NCBI GenBank assembly: GCA_013140635.1
Contig: JABFSM010000054.1
Location: forward strand, 1-63,047
Direction of reading: 5' to 3'
DNA length: 63,047 bases
DNA from: Gemmatimonadales bacterium
GTDB taxonomy: Bacteria; Gemmatimonadota; Gemmatimonadetes; Gemmatimonadales; GWC2-71-9
Shown here: positions 44,693 through 53,546 of the stretch, piece after piece
How the letters are laid out: each line of letters opens with the position of its first letter
Numbering within the stretch: the stretch's first letter is position 1
Notes under the pieces: generated by a model
Databases searched by the model: none
The model's input: only the letters and a program-made list of their open reading frames with translations
What the model was told of the DNA's origin: nothing
Position numbers and translations under genes: made by a program

Positions 44693-47125
44693 TCAGGCCT
44701 TCGCGCCCTGCGTCAGCCCTTTCGGTTCTTCCTGGCCCTCGATCTCATCTTCCGCGGCATACCCGTAACTGTACGAGTAGTACTTGTAGGCGCCCGCACC
44801 GGCGTGAATGTGGTTGAGCACCGCGCCGAGAACGCGAACCGGCAAACGGTCGAGAATCCGCAACTTCGCCTCCGCCATCTGCCGGTCGGTCTCGCCGCTC
44901 CGAAGAACGATCAGCATGTTGCCGGTGTGGGTCCCCAAGACGAACGGATCGATGCCGGCACCCAGCGGCGGGCTGTCCACCAGCACGACTTCGTACTGAC
45001 TCTTGAGCCGCCCGATGAGTTCGGCCATCCTCGCCGAGCCGAGGAGCTCGGGGCCATGCTGCAGGCGAGTGCCGCACGGGATCATCGTCAAGTTCCGGTG
45101 CGACGTCGGCCGGAGGGTGGACTCGTACGAGACCTGCGGATTGCCCAGGTAGTCGAGCAAGCCGGGCCGCCGTTCCGCACCGAATGTCCGGTGGAGGTCG
45201 CCGCGCCGGGTATCGCCGTCGATCAGAATCGTGCGGTAGCCCGCCTCGGCGAACGAGAGCCCGAGGTTGGAGGAGATCAGCGACTTCCCATCGCCCGGAC
45301 TCGGGCTCGAAACCGTAATGCAAATCGGGCTGCCCGGCTCGAACGAGTGGGCCAGATTGAGCCGGATGGAGCGGAAGGCCTCGACCACTTGGGCCAGATG
45401 GTCGGAGGGGACCGCCTTGCCATTCCGGCTGCGCGGAATGGCGGGGACCGCGCCGAGAATCGTGAGCCCGAGCTCATGCGACGCCTGATCCGGATATCGG
45501 AAGCGGCGGTCCATACGGTCGAGCAGCACGGCGAGGCCAAGGCCGAGCCCCAGGCTGGCCAGGAACCCCATCGTGATGATCTTGGAGGCTTGGTTGCCCA
45601 GCGGCCGAGTCGGGACGGCGGCGTGGTCGAGTACGCTCACGTCGGGGATGGCGCTGATCTCGGCGAGCTTCGTCTCTTCGTATCGGCTCTGCAGGTTGAT
45701 ATACAAGATCTTCGCGCTCTCGAGCTCCCGTTCGAGCCGCCCTTCGGTGATCGTCCGGACCGGGATGCCCTTGAGCTCTTCGCCCGCGCTGTTGATGCGG
45801 GAGTCGAGGTCGCCTTCCTGGATGGCCAGCTGGCGCGCCAGCGCTCGGGCATACGCGGGAATGGTCGAGCTCCGCAGGGTGTTCACGCGGTCCTGCAGAT
45901 CCTTGACCCCCTTGAACTCGTCGGTGTACTTGGTCCGGAGCGCGCGAAGCTCCGCGTCGGCCACGGTGAGTTCGGCCAAGACTTTCGAAAGCTCGGGGGC
46001 GGAGCGGACCGAACTGATCGTCTGAAAGGCGTCGACGGCGATCTCGCCGCTGGTTAGGCGGCGGAGCACATCCTCGATGGCCCGGCGGTCGTTGCGCACC
46101 GTTTCGAGCTGGACCCGCTGGTCGAAGTACCGGCCGTAGGCCGTCTGCTCGGTCATCTGGAGGCCGGAGGCGACGGCGACGTTTTCGCGGGGCTGGGTGA
46201 TCGTCGCCACGCGGAACGAGGCGAGCCCCTGTTCGGCGGCGCGGAGGCGCTTTTCCTGTTGACTCACCTGGTCGGCGAGCAGGGAGGAGAGCTCGCGCAG
46301 TTTCTGCTTCTTCAAGTCCGCCGCGACCTTGAGGAACTGTTCCTGGATCGCTTGCATCGTCGAGGCCAGCAACTGCGGATCGGTGCCTTTGAGTTTGAGC
46401 TCCAGGAAGTTGCCGTTTTCCGTCGGCATGAACGGCTCCAGGTCTTCCTTGAGCTGGGCGGAGGCATCTCTCGGCGAAAGGAGGCTGAACGAAACCGACA
46501 TCCCCGCCGCCAGCTTCTGTGGCCCCGGCATCCATTTGAGCCCCGCCTCGCGGCCGACCGAGTCGGTGAGCGCGCCGGCGGAAAGCTGAAGTCCGCTGTT
46601 GTTCTTCAACGAGTAGCCCCGCCCGGAGTCATCGACCGACAGGATGTACTGGCCGGGCAGAAACCGTTCGGAGAGTTCGAGGTCGGCAAAGAGGTTCGGG
46701 GCCGCGCCTTGGCCGGGGAGCAGATAGAGCTTGAGCTTGTTGACGACCGGCTCGAGCACCGCATAGGACTTGAGGAGCTCTATCCAATTGGACGAGGAGA
46801 GCAGCTCGGGCGCTTGGATCGGACCGCCGTTCTGGGAGCGGTCGTTCTTGATATAGATGGTCCCGCTGACCTCGAATTCCTTCTCGATCATGCGCGTGGC
46901 AAGGACGCTGACCGTCGCTCCAGCCACTGTCACCAGCACGATCAACCAGGCAAACCGCCGGATCGCCGAGAAGATACGGAGGAACTTCCCGCTTCCCGGA
47001 TCGTCGAGGGCGGGGCCCAAGCCAGCCTGAGTCAACGCAGCCTGCGTTGGCGCATGGGGGGGGACTACCCGAGTCCCGACGTCAGATGGAGTGCTTGACT
47101 GACCGGGGATCAGCGAACCAGTCAT
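44693..47125 (-). CDS. wzc: Polysaccharide co-polymerase / BY-type tyrosine autokinase (Wzc/GumC-like)
   Basis: 810 aa with two TM helices flanking a coiled-coil periplasmic domain. Walker A SPSPGDGKS, A' ILIDGDTRRGD, Walker B VVLVDSPP. C-terminal Tyr cluster YKYYSYSYGY. SD AGAGGA precedes the ATG. Confidence 0.9.
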   Translation of the reverse strand: MTGSLIPGQSSTPSDVGTRVVPPHAPTQAALTQAGLGPALDDPGSGKFLRIFSAIRRFAWLIVLVTVAGATVSVLATRMIEKEFEVSGTIYIKNDRSQNGGPIQAPELLSSSNWIELLKSYAVLEPVVNKLKLYLLPGQGAAPNLFADLELSERFLPGQYILSVDDSGRGYSLKNNSGLQLSAGALTDSVGREAGLKWMPGPQKLAAGMSVSFSLLSPRDASAQLKEDLEPFMPTENGNFLELKLKGTDPQLLASTMQAIQEQFLKVAADLKKQKLRELSSLLADQVSQQEKRLRAAEQGLASFRVATITQPRENVAVASGLQMTEQTAYGRYFDQRVQLETVRNDRRAIEDVLRRLTSGEIAVDAFQTISSVRSAPELSKVLAELTVADAELRALRTKYTDEFKGVKDLQDRVNTLRSSTIPAYARALARQLAIQEGDLDSRINSAGEELKGIPVRTITEGRLERELESAKILYINLQSRYEETKLAEISAIPDVSVLDHAAVPTRPLGNQASKIITMGFLASLGLGLGLAVLLDRMDRRFRYPDQASHELGLTILGAVPAIPRSRNGKAVPSDHLAQVVEAFRSIRLNLAHSFEPGSPICITVSSPSPGDGKSLISSNLGLSFAEAGYRTILIDGDTRRGDLHRTFGAERRPGLLDYLGNPQVSYESTLRPTSHRNLTMIPCGTRLQHGPELLGSARMAELIGRLKSQYEVVLVDSPPLGAGIDPFVLGTHTGNMLIVLRSGETDRQMAEAKLRILDRLPVRVLGAVLNHIHAGAGAYKYYSYSYGYAAEDEIEGQEEPKGLTQGAKA

Positions 47126-47213
47126 CGGATCCTCTTATTCCTCGTGATTCCAGACCGTTGAATCGGGACGACCATGCGGTGGCATAGCTGCACCACCTCA
47201 TCCCACAACCCTA

Positions 47214-47230
47214 ATGCAAGGGCGGTACCG
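47214..47230 (-). promoter_or_regulatory. Candidate sigma-54 promoter facing wzc
   Basis: The minus strand reads CGGTAC-CGCCC-TTGCA(T). It lies ~90 nt upstream of the ATG at 47125. Confidence 0.4.
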
Positions 47231-47412
47231 CAACATAGCAATTCGACCGTCCCCCAGACAGGATGGGCTCTACCAGGACTTGCCGGCGAAGCGATGGACT
47301 TGATGTTGTATAATTCCTACACATGTATTGTATCTGTGCATCGAATTCGGTCTCTTGTATCGCCGTGCCGACGACGGTGCAGAATGCTCGTGGGCATTGT
47401 GTCTCATCTTTG

Positions 47413-47428
47413 CGGCATAGTTTTCGCT
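47413..47428 (+). promoter_or_regulatory. Candidate sigma-54 promoter facing the sigma-54 activator gene itself
   Basis: CGGCAT-AGTTT-TCGC(T), with GG at 47414-15 and GC at 47426-27. It lies 44 nt upstream of the ATG at 47472. Confidence 0.45.
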
Positions 47429-47471
47429 TTTGTTGTGGGCGTCCACTTACAACCTGATCGGCTCGGCGGCC

Positions 47472-49007
47472 ATGAGCAGTCCACTGGTTACGGATCCAAA
47501 CCGCTCCTACGCACCCGGAAGCGACAGCTCCGCGGCGCGCGATCCGCTTTCGATCCCCCCGGAGATCAAAGCCAGTATTCGGATTCTCCTGGTCGACGAC
47601 GAACGGACCCTTCGGGAGAGTTGCGCCAGCGTCCTTCAGATGGACGGCTTCTCGGTAACGCTGGCGGGGCGGGGTGAGGAGGCGGTCGACCTCCTCAAGA
47701 ATCGGAAGTTCGACATCATGCTGGTCGACCTGTATATGTCGCAGGTTTCCGGCCTCGAGTTGCTGCGGGCCGCGCTCGATTCCAATCGAGACATCATCGT
47801 GGTCGTCATGACCGGCAATCCCAGCGTGTCGACCAGCATCGAAGCGCTCCGTGCCGGCGCCTGGGACTACCTTCCGAAGCCGTTCTCGGCGACCCATCTC
47901 CAGGTCTTGATCGGCCGAGCATCGCACGCGGTCATGGTCAATCGCGAAGCCAGCGAGCTTCGCCAGCGGGTTCTTCAGCAGCACAGCCACAGCGATACTC
48001 TGACCCTCATCGGCATTTCACCGCCATTCCGGAAGGCAGTCGAGTTGGCGCGGAAGGTGGCCCTGACCGACGCGAGCGTCTTCATCAGCGGGGAAAGCGG
48101 AACCGGCAAAGAAGTCATTGCCCAGTTCATTCACCAGCACAGCCGCCGGTCGCGCAAGCCGCTCGTGGCCATCAACTGCGCGGCGCTTCCGGAACCGCTC
48201 CTGGAATCGGAGATGTTCGGCCACCGGAAGGGCTCCTTTACCGGCGCCGATCGTGATAAGCCCGGCCTGCTCGAGACCGCGAATGGCGGCTCCTTTTTCC
48301 TGGACGAGCTCACCGAAATGCCGCTGGCGTTGCAGGCTAAGTTGCTGCGAGTCATTCAAGACGGTGTCGTGCGCCGAGTCGGCTCCGAGTCGACCGACGC
48401 CCAAATCGACGTCCGCTTCATTTCCGCCACCAACCGCGATCCGCAGCAGGCGGTGGATAGCGGCGTGCTTCGCGGCGACTTGTTCTACCGGCTCCGCGTG
48501 GTGCCGATTGCCCTACCGCCGCTTCGGAAGCGCCAAGAGGACATTCCGCTCTTGGCCAATCACTTCCTCACCTACTATTGGCACCGGCACCGCCAGATGC
48601 CCGACCGGTGTCCGCGGCTCAGCGAGGAGAGCATCGCCTTCCTCAAGTCGCGCCCGTGGCGCGGCAATGTGCGGGAGCTGCAGAACGTCATCGAGCACAC
48701 GACGGTCCTGATGGATCCGGATCAAGTGATCCAGCCGGGCGACATCCCGCTCTACGAGGACGGCGCCGGCGAACCCGCGGTGGAGGCTCGGCCGGTTCCG
48801 ACACCGATGGGGAACGAACCGTATCATGTGGCGAAGGACCGAGTCGTGGCCGATTTCGAGAAGCAGTACCTTACGGCGCTGGTCGAGCGCGCCGCGGGCA
48901 ACATGTCGAAGGCGGCGCGGCTTGCGGGGGTCGACCGTACCACGCTCTATCGTTTGATCGACAAGCACCAGTTGCTGCGGGCCGACGGTGAAGGATCGGT
49001 CGAGTGA
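47472..49007 (+). CDS. NtrC-family sigma-54-dependent response regulator (REC-AAA+-HTH; candidate PEP-CTERM-box regulator, PrsR-like)
   Basis: REC motif ILLVDDERTLRE...DIMLVDLYM. AAA+ motifs GESGTGKEV, FFLDELTEM and ESEMFGHRKGSFTGA (GAFTGA variant). HTH motif NMSKAARLAGVDRTTLYRLI. Confidence 0.85.
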   Translation: MSSPLVTDPNRSYAPGSDSSAARDPLSIPPEIKASIRILLVDDERTLRESCASVLQMDGFSVTLAGRGEEAVDLLKNRKFDIMLVDLYMSQVSGLELLRAALDSNRDIIVVVMTGNPSVSTSIEALRAGAWDYLPKPFSATHLQVLIGRASHAVMVNREASELRQRVLQQHSHSDTLTLIGISPPFRKAVELARKVALTDASVFISGESGTGKEVIAQFIHQHSRRSRKPLVAINCAALPEPLLESEMFGHRKGSFTGADRDKPGLLETANGGSFFLDELTEMPLALQAKLLRVIQDGVVRRVGSESTDAQIDVRFISATNRDPQQAVDSGVLRGDLFYRLRVVPIALPPLRKRQEDIPLLANHFLTYYWHRHRQMPDRCPRLSEESIAFLKSRPWRGNVRELQNVIEHTTVLMDPDQVIQPGDIPLYEDGAGEPAVEARPVPTPMGNEPYHVAKDRVVADFEKQYLTALVERAAGNMSKAARLAGVDRTTLYRLIDKHQLLRADGEGSVE

Positions 49008-50086
49008 GCGCTCCGACCGAGGTTGAAACGGGACTGGTGGAGGCTCTGGAGGCGGCCTGCCGGCAAGTACCGGCGGAGTCCGGCGGCGCGCTGCTCGCCG
49101 ATGCCGCCTCGAGCGAAGAAGTCTCCGCGCTGGTGGGCGTTATTTCTTCCGGGGTACTGGCCCACCTTCGCGGCGAGGCGATGCCTGCGTTGCCCCGGAC
49201 CCATCTGGCCCGCCGCATCCTGCAAAGCTTCCGCAAACACTATCTCGAAGGCGCGGCCGCTCAGTCGCCCCCGGCGTCGAGCGCCACCCTCTTGGCCGGC
49301 CTCGGGTCGATCGAAGCGGTGGCGGCGGCGCTCGAGGGAGACTGGCGCCAGCGGTTCAGCGACCGTCTCTCCGGTCCCGACGGCCTCGAGTTGGTCGTCG
49401 AGGTGGCGCACGATCTTCGCTCCCCGTTGACCTCGATTCTCTTCCTGGCGGAGACGCTGCGCCGCGGGCGAAGCGGCCCGCTGACGCCGCTTCAGGAGCG
49501 CCAGCTCGGGTTGATCTATGCGGCGGCGTTCGGGCTTACCTCGGTGGCCAGCGACGTCATCGAGCTCGCGCGCGGCGGCGAACGCCAGGTCGATCTCGAT
49601 CCGCTCCCATTCTCGGTCGCCGATATTCTCGAGTCGGTGCGCGACATCGTCCAGCCGATTGCCGAGGAGAAGGGCCTCGAGGTGCAGCTGGTCTCGAACG
49701 AAGAGGGGCTCCGGGTCGGACACCCTGTGGCCCTGAGCCGGGTGCTGCTCAACCTGACCACGAACGCCCTCAAGTTCACCGATGAGGGCAACGTCGAGAT
49801 GCGGGCCGAGCCCCTTGCCGACACCCGGCTCGAATTTTCGGTGCGGGACACGGGGCGGGGCATTCCTCCGAATTCGATGGCGATGCTCTTCGAGCCTTTC
49901 CGGCGGCGGCAGCGAGATCGGGAGTATGCGTTCTCCGGGTCGGGGCTCGGCCTCTCGATTTGCCGGAAATTGGTGGAGGCGATGGGGTCCGAGCTCAAGG
50001 TGGAAACCGAGGCGGGGAAAGGCACTACCTTCTCGTTCGTGTTGGCGCTTCCCCGGGTCAATCCGGAGGATGGACAGCTCAGCTGA
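49004..50086 (+). CDS. Soluble sensor histidine kinase (HisKA + HATPase_c, no TM segment)
   Basis: GTGA overlap with the regulator gene. H-box VAHDLRSPLTSI, N-box LLNLTTNALKFT, G-boxes VRDTGRGIP and GSGLGLSICRKLV. Confidence 0.85.
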   Translation: MSAPTEVETGLVEALEAACRQVPAESGGALLADAASSEEVSALVGVISSGVLAHLRGEAMPALPRTHLARRILQSFRKHYLEGAAAQSPPASSATLLAGLGSIEAVAAALEGDWRQRFSDRLSGPDGLELVVEVAHDLRSPLTSILFLAETLRRGRSGPLTPLQERQLGLIYAAAFGLTSVASDVIELARGGERQVDLDPLPFSVADILESVRDIVQPIAEEKGLEVQLVSNEEGLRVGHPVALSRVLLNLTTNALKFTDEGNVEMRAEPLADTRLEFSVRDTGRGIPPNSMAMLFEPFRRRQRDREYAFSGSGLGLSICRKLVEAMGSELKVETEAGKGTTFSFVLALPRVNPEDGQLS

Positions 50087-50360
50087 CAACCTCGGACCTA
50101 CCGTGTCCCGGCTCGGCTAGGTAGGTTTGGCGCGCGGACGGTTGGGCGGCCATTGGGGCCGCCACCCGAGTCCGAGCGATTCAACAGCGGTATCGCCCCG
50201 AGGGTCCCGTACCGAATTCCTGGCACCACCACAACGTGGTCCGGGAAGCGGAAGGGACTCAGGAAGGGGCGGGCCGCGGAGACGACAGCAACACGTGAGT
50301 CACCCGACCCATCGGGCCGGCCGCCAGGCCTTGGCCCAGGCGCAAAGCGCCCCATCACCC

Positions 50361-51863
50361 GTGCACACGCATCATGCTCCGCACGCGGCCCTCCTCATCG
50401 ACTTCGACAATGTCACCCTCGGGATTCGAAGCGACCTGACGAAGGAGCTTCGTACCCTTCTCAACAGCGACATTATCAGGGGCAAGGTGGCGGTCCAGCG
50501 CGCCTACGCGGACTGGCGACGGTACCCACAGTACGTGGTTTCCCTCTCCGAGTCGTCGATCGATCTGATCTTCGCCCCGGCCTTCGGCACCAACAAGAAA
50601 AACGCTACCGACATCCGCCTCGCGGTCGACGCGACGGAGCTGGTCTTCACGCGGCCGGAAATCGGGACCTTTATCCTGCTCTCCGGCGACAGCGACTTCT
50701 CGTCGTTGGTGATCAAGCTCAAGGAGTACGGGAAGTACGTCATCGGCGTGGGCATTCGCGAATCGGCGAGCGACCTGCTGATCCAGAACTGCGACGAATA
50801 CTATTCGTACAGCGATCTGGCCGGACTCACCAAGGAAGCCGATGTGCCGTCGGCGCCGCGCGACCCTTGGGAGCTGGCGGCGCAAGCGGTGGAGCAGATG
50901 ACCCGCAACGGCGACGTCATGCGCTCGGACCGGCTCAAGCAGGTGATGCAGCAGATCGATCCAAACTTCGACGAACGCAACATCGGCTTCAACCGCTTCA
51001 GCAAATTCGTCGCGGAAGCGGGAACGAAAGGCGTTCTCAAGGTCACCAAGCTCGACAACGGACAGTATGAAGTGGCGCTCGCGGGTAAACGCGCGACGCC
51101 GGCCAAGGCCGACGTCAAACCGGAACCCTCGGCCGAACCGGCGCGCGACGGCCGCGGGCGGCGGGGCCGGGGTCGGGGGCGTGGTCGAGGCCGTGCTCCG
51201 GAAGCGCCGGCCGAGAGAGAACCGGAGGCCGCTCCTTCGGGGAGCCCGGGGCGGAGCGCCGGCCTTTCGTTGGCCGGGGCCTTTCAGCTGCTCAACCGTG
51301 CGTTGGCGGAAATGCCGACCCCGGTGGGTGGCGAGGCGGTACGGGCTCGAATGGCCGCGCTCCATGGGCGGGAGGATTCACTCCTGGAGCCGGAGCGGTT
51401 TGCGCGGTTCCTTCGCCAGGCGAACGATGCGGAGATTGCGGACGTTCGTCATCTAGCCGATGGAAGCTACGAACTGAGCTCGCATCGGGCCGATCTTTCG
51501 ATAGGCCACGCGGTGCTTTCTTCGGAACCGGCGACGGAACGAAATGGAAGCACCACTCCCCCGGCTGGGGGTGCTGCGCTCCGATTCCGCCGAGGGTCTC
51601 GCGCACCGGTCCGGCCGCTTGAGTTGCCGCTCATTGGAATGGTGCATGTGGACGATGAGCCCAAGGCCACACCGGAACCGGAGGCGGCGCCGGCCGCCCC
51701 GGCGACGGCGGGGGCAGACGAGCCGAAGCGCGGTCGCCAGCGGGGCGGGCGCGGGCGCGGTGGAAAAAAGGCGGCGGCCGCGGTTGACGCCGAGCCGGTT
51801 ACGGCGGCTGTGGCCGAACCGGTGCGGAAGCCCAAACGGCCGGGAGCCAAGAAGCGGGGGTGA
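50361..51863 (+). CDS. NYN (LabA-like) domain + OST-HTH/LOTUS domain protein with Arg/Gly- and Ala/Pro/Glu-rich tails
   Basis: NYN motifs ALLIDFDNV and FILLSGDSDFSSLVIKLKEYGKYVIGVG. LOTUS-like block DVMRSDRLKQVMQQIDPNFDERNIGFNRFSKFV. RG tracts GRGRRGRGRGRGRGR and RGRQRGGRGRGGKK. The start is uncertain (GTG at 50361 preferred; upstream GTG at 50295 or TTG at 50127). Confidence 0.75.
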   Translation: MHTHHAPHAALLIDFDNVTLGIRSDLTKELRTLLNSDIIRGKVAVQRAYADWRRYPQYVVSLSESSIDLIFAPAFGTNKKNATDIRLAVDATELVFTRPEIGTFILLSGDSDFSSLVIKLKEYGKYVIGVGIRESASDLLIQNCDEYYSYSDLAGLTKEADVPSAPRDPWELAAQAVEQMTRNGDVMRSDRLKQVMQQIDPNFDERNIGFNRFSKFVAEAGTKGVLKVTKLDNGQYEVALAGKRATPAKADVKPEPSAEPARDGRGRRGRGRGRGRGRAPEAPAEREPEAAPSGSPGRSAGLSLAGAFQLLNRALAEMPTPVGGEAVRARMAALHGREDSLLEPERFARFLRQANDAEIADVRHLADGSYELSSHRADLSIGHAVLSSEPATERNGSTTPPAGGAALRFRRGSRAPVRPLELPLIGMVHVDDEPKATPEPEAAPAAPATAGADEPKRGRQRGGRGRGGKKAAAAVDAEPVTAAVAEPVRKPKRPGAKKRG

Positions 51864-52453
51864 AGCCGCTCGCCAGAGCTTTCTTTGATCGCCCCGCGGA
51901 GGTCGTTGCCAAAGACCTGCTCGGGGCGATGATCGTTTCTACGATCGGCGGGTGCCGCACGAGCGGAGTGATCGTGGAGACCGAAGCGTACCTCGGATTC
52001 GACGACCCCGCCTCCCATGCCTATCGTGGCCGCCGCCACGCCGGGAATCTGAATCTCTATGCGCCCCCCGGACCCTGGTACGTGTACCTCTCCTACGGCA
52101 TCCACTGGTGCGCCAACCTCGTCACCGGGAATCCGGCGGCGGGAGCGGCGGTGCTGCTTCGCGCGGTAGTTCCCCAGGAGGGCGTCCCGGTGATGCGCCG
52201 GCGGCGCGGGAAGGCTCCCGACCGCCACCTTGCCGATGGCCCGGGAAAGCTCTGCCAGGCACTCGGCATTACGCGCAGAGAGGACGGTCTCTTGATGAGC
52301 CGGTCCGCGCTTCGAGTCGGTCTGGTAGGTGAGAGTCCGGCGGGCGGGATCGTGGCGACGCCGAGGGTGGGCATCACCAAAGCCGCGGATTGGCCGCTCA
52401 GGTTTCTTCGAACGACCGGTTCAGCAAGTGGAGGGCGTGCACGGGGGGATTGA
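51860..52453 (+). CDS. mpg: DNA-3-methyladenine glycosylase (Mpg/AAG family)
   Basis: Motif: FFDRPAEVVAKDLLG...GVIVETEAYLGFDDPASHAYRGRR...YVYLSYGIHWCANLV. Confidence 0.85.
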   Translation: MKPLARAFFDRPAEVVAKDLLGAMIVSTIGGCRTSGVIVETEAYLGFDDPASHAYRGRRHAGNLNLYAPPGPWYVYLSYGIHWCANLVTGNPAAGAAVLLRAVVPQEGVPVMRRRRGKAPDRHLADGPGKLCQALGITRREDGLLMSRSALRVGLVGESPAGGIVATPRVGITKAADWPLRFLRTTGSASGGRARGD

Positions 52454-53546
52454 CCCATTGCTCGAAGTAGGCGCGGTTGACCTCGCCCATTCTTGCCATG
52501 AGGTCGGGGTGGTCGAGCAGGCGCCGGCAGAGCTCGACACATTCCGCGGGGCTATGGTAGGGGAGGTAGTGAACCCCCGCCTCGATCGGCGCCAGGAACT
52601 CCTTATCGATCGGCTGGCTGACCACCGCGCATCCCGCCGCAAGGTATTCGGCAAATTTCCATCCGACGCTCCCACTCAGACCGACACAGTTGACGGCCAC
52701 GGTGGCCGATCGCAACTGCCGGTGGTGTTCCTCCGTGTTGACATGCCGGTGCAAGAGCAGCGGTTCGGCCACTTGCTTGGCGAAGGGGGAGTGAACGATC
52801 CCGATGGTCGCCATATCGGGGAAGGCCCGCTGGAGCACCCGCACCGTTTCGACACGATCGTCGTTGGCCACGTCGAAGACGTCGCCGGAACCGGGTGTCG
52901 TCATCCATAGCCGCGGCTGAAAGACGATGAGCGGCTGCTTCGCGTCGGTGGGATTGGCGCGGGCGGAGTCGGGAGGTGGCAGCAGCAGCCAGAGCCGGGC
53001 GTCGTTGTAGGCCTGGCGGAGCAGTTTCGTCAGATTCGGCCGAGCCTGACGGGCTTGGCTGGTGTGGAGCGATCCATAGATCGCCGCGGCCACCAGGCGC
53101 CAGGCCGGCCGCGAGAACCCGGCGACCGTCATCCCGAGCGGCCGGATCTTGTGCGCGCCGGCCGGCCCGGCGGCCGGCCGGGTCTCGGGACCGCACTGTC
53201 GCTTGTAGTAGAGATCCGCGAAGTCGAGGGGGTCGGGATAGATCTTGTCGCCCCGGTCGTGAAAATCGAAGACCACCTGCTTGGTCCGGCCCGAACGGAT
53301 TTCGGTGACGATCAGTTCCATCGTCATGAGGGAGTCGCACACGCGGTCGATGTACTCGACCGCCAGCGAGATGACGCCGCGGCGCTTGAGGATGGCGAGC
53401 CCCGTCAGCAGTCCCGACATCTGGACCAAGTCGAGCTGGGGGTAGACCCGCCAGACCACATGGTATCGCTTGCCGGCCGTCATGCTGTCCGGACCGGACG
53501 CGGGCGCCGGGCGCCTCTTCGGGGCGGCCAGGAGATCAGGCGGCAC
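52398..53546 (-). CDS. CgeB-like / GT1-type glycosyltransferase-domain protein
   Basis: The C-terminal block VNCVGLSGSVGWKFAEYLAAGCAVVSQPI...HYLPYHSPAECVELCRRLLDHPDL resembles the Glyco_trans_1_2 type. An alternative start is the ATG at 53483. Confidence 0.55.
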   Translation of the reverse strand: MPPDLLAAPKRRPAPASGPDSMTAGKRYHVVWRVYPQLDLVQMSGLLTGLAILKRRGVISLAVEYIDRVCDSLMTMELIVTEIRSGRTKQVVFDFHDRGDKIYPDPLDFADLYYKRQCGPETRPAAGPAGAHKIRPLGMTVAGFSRPAWRLVAAAIYGSLHTSQARQARPNLTKLLRQAYNDARLWLLLPPPDSARANPTDAKQPLIVFQPRLWMTTPGSGDVFDVANDDRVETVRVLQRAFPDMATIGIVHSPFAKQVAEPLLLHRHVNTEEHHRQLRSATVAVNCVGLSGSVGWKFAEYLAAGCAVVSQPIDKEFLAPIEAGVHYLPYHSPAECVELCRRLLDHPDLMARMGEVNRAYFEQWVNPPVHALHLLNRSFEET

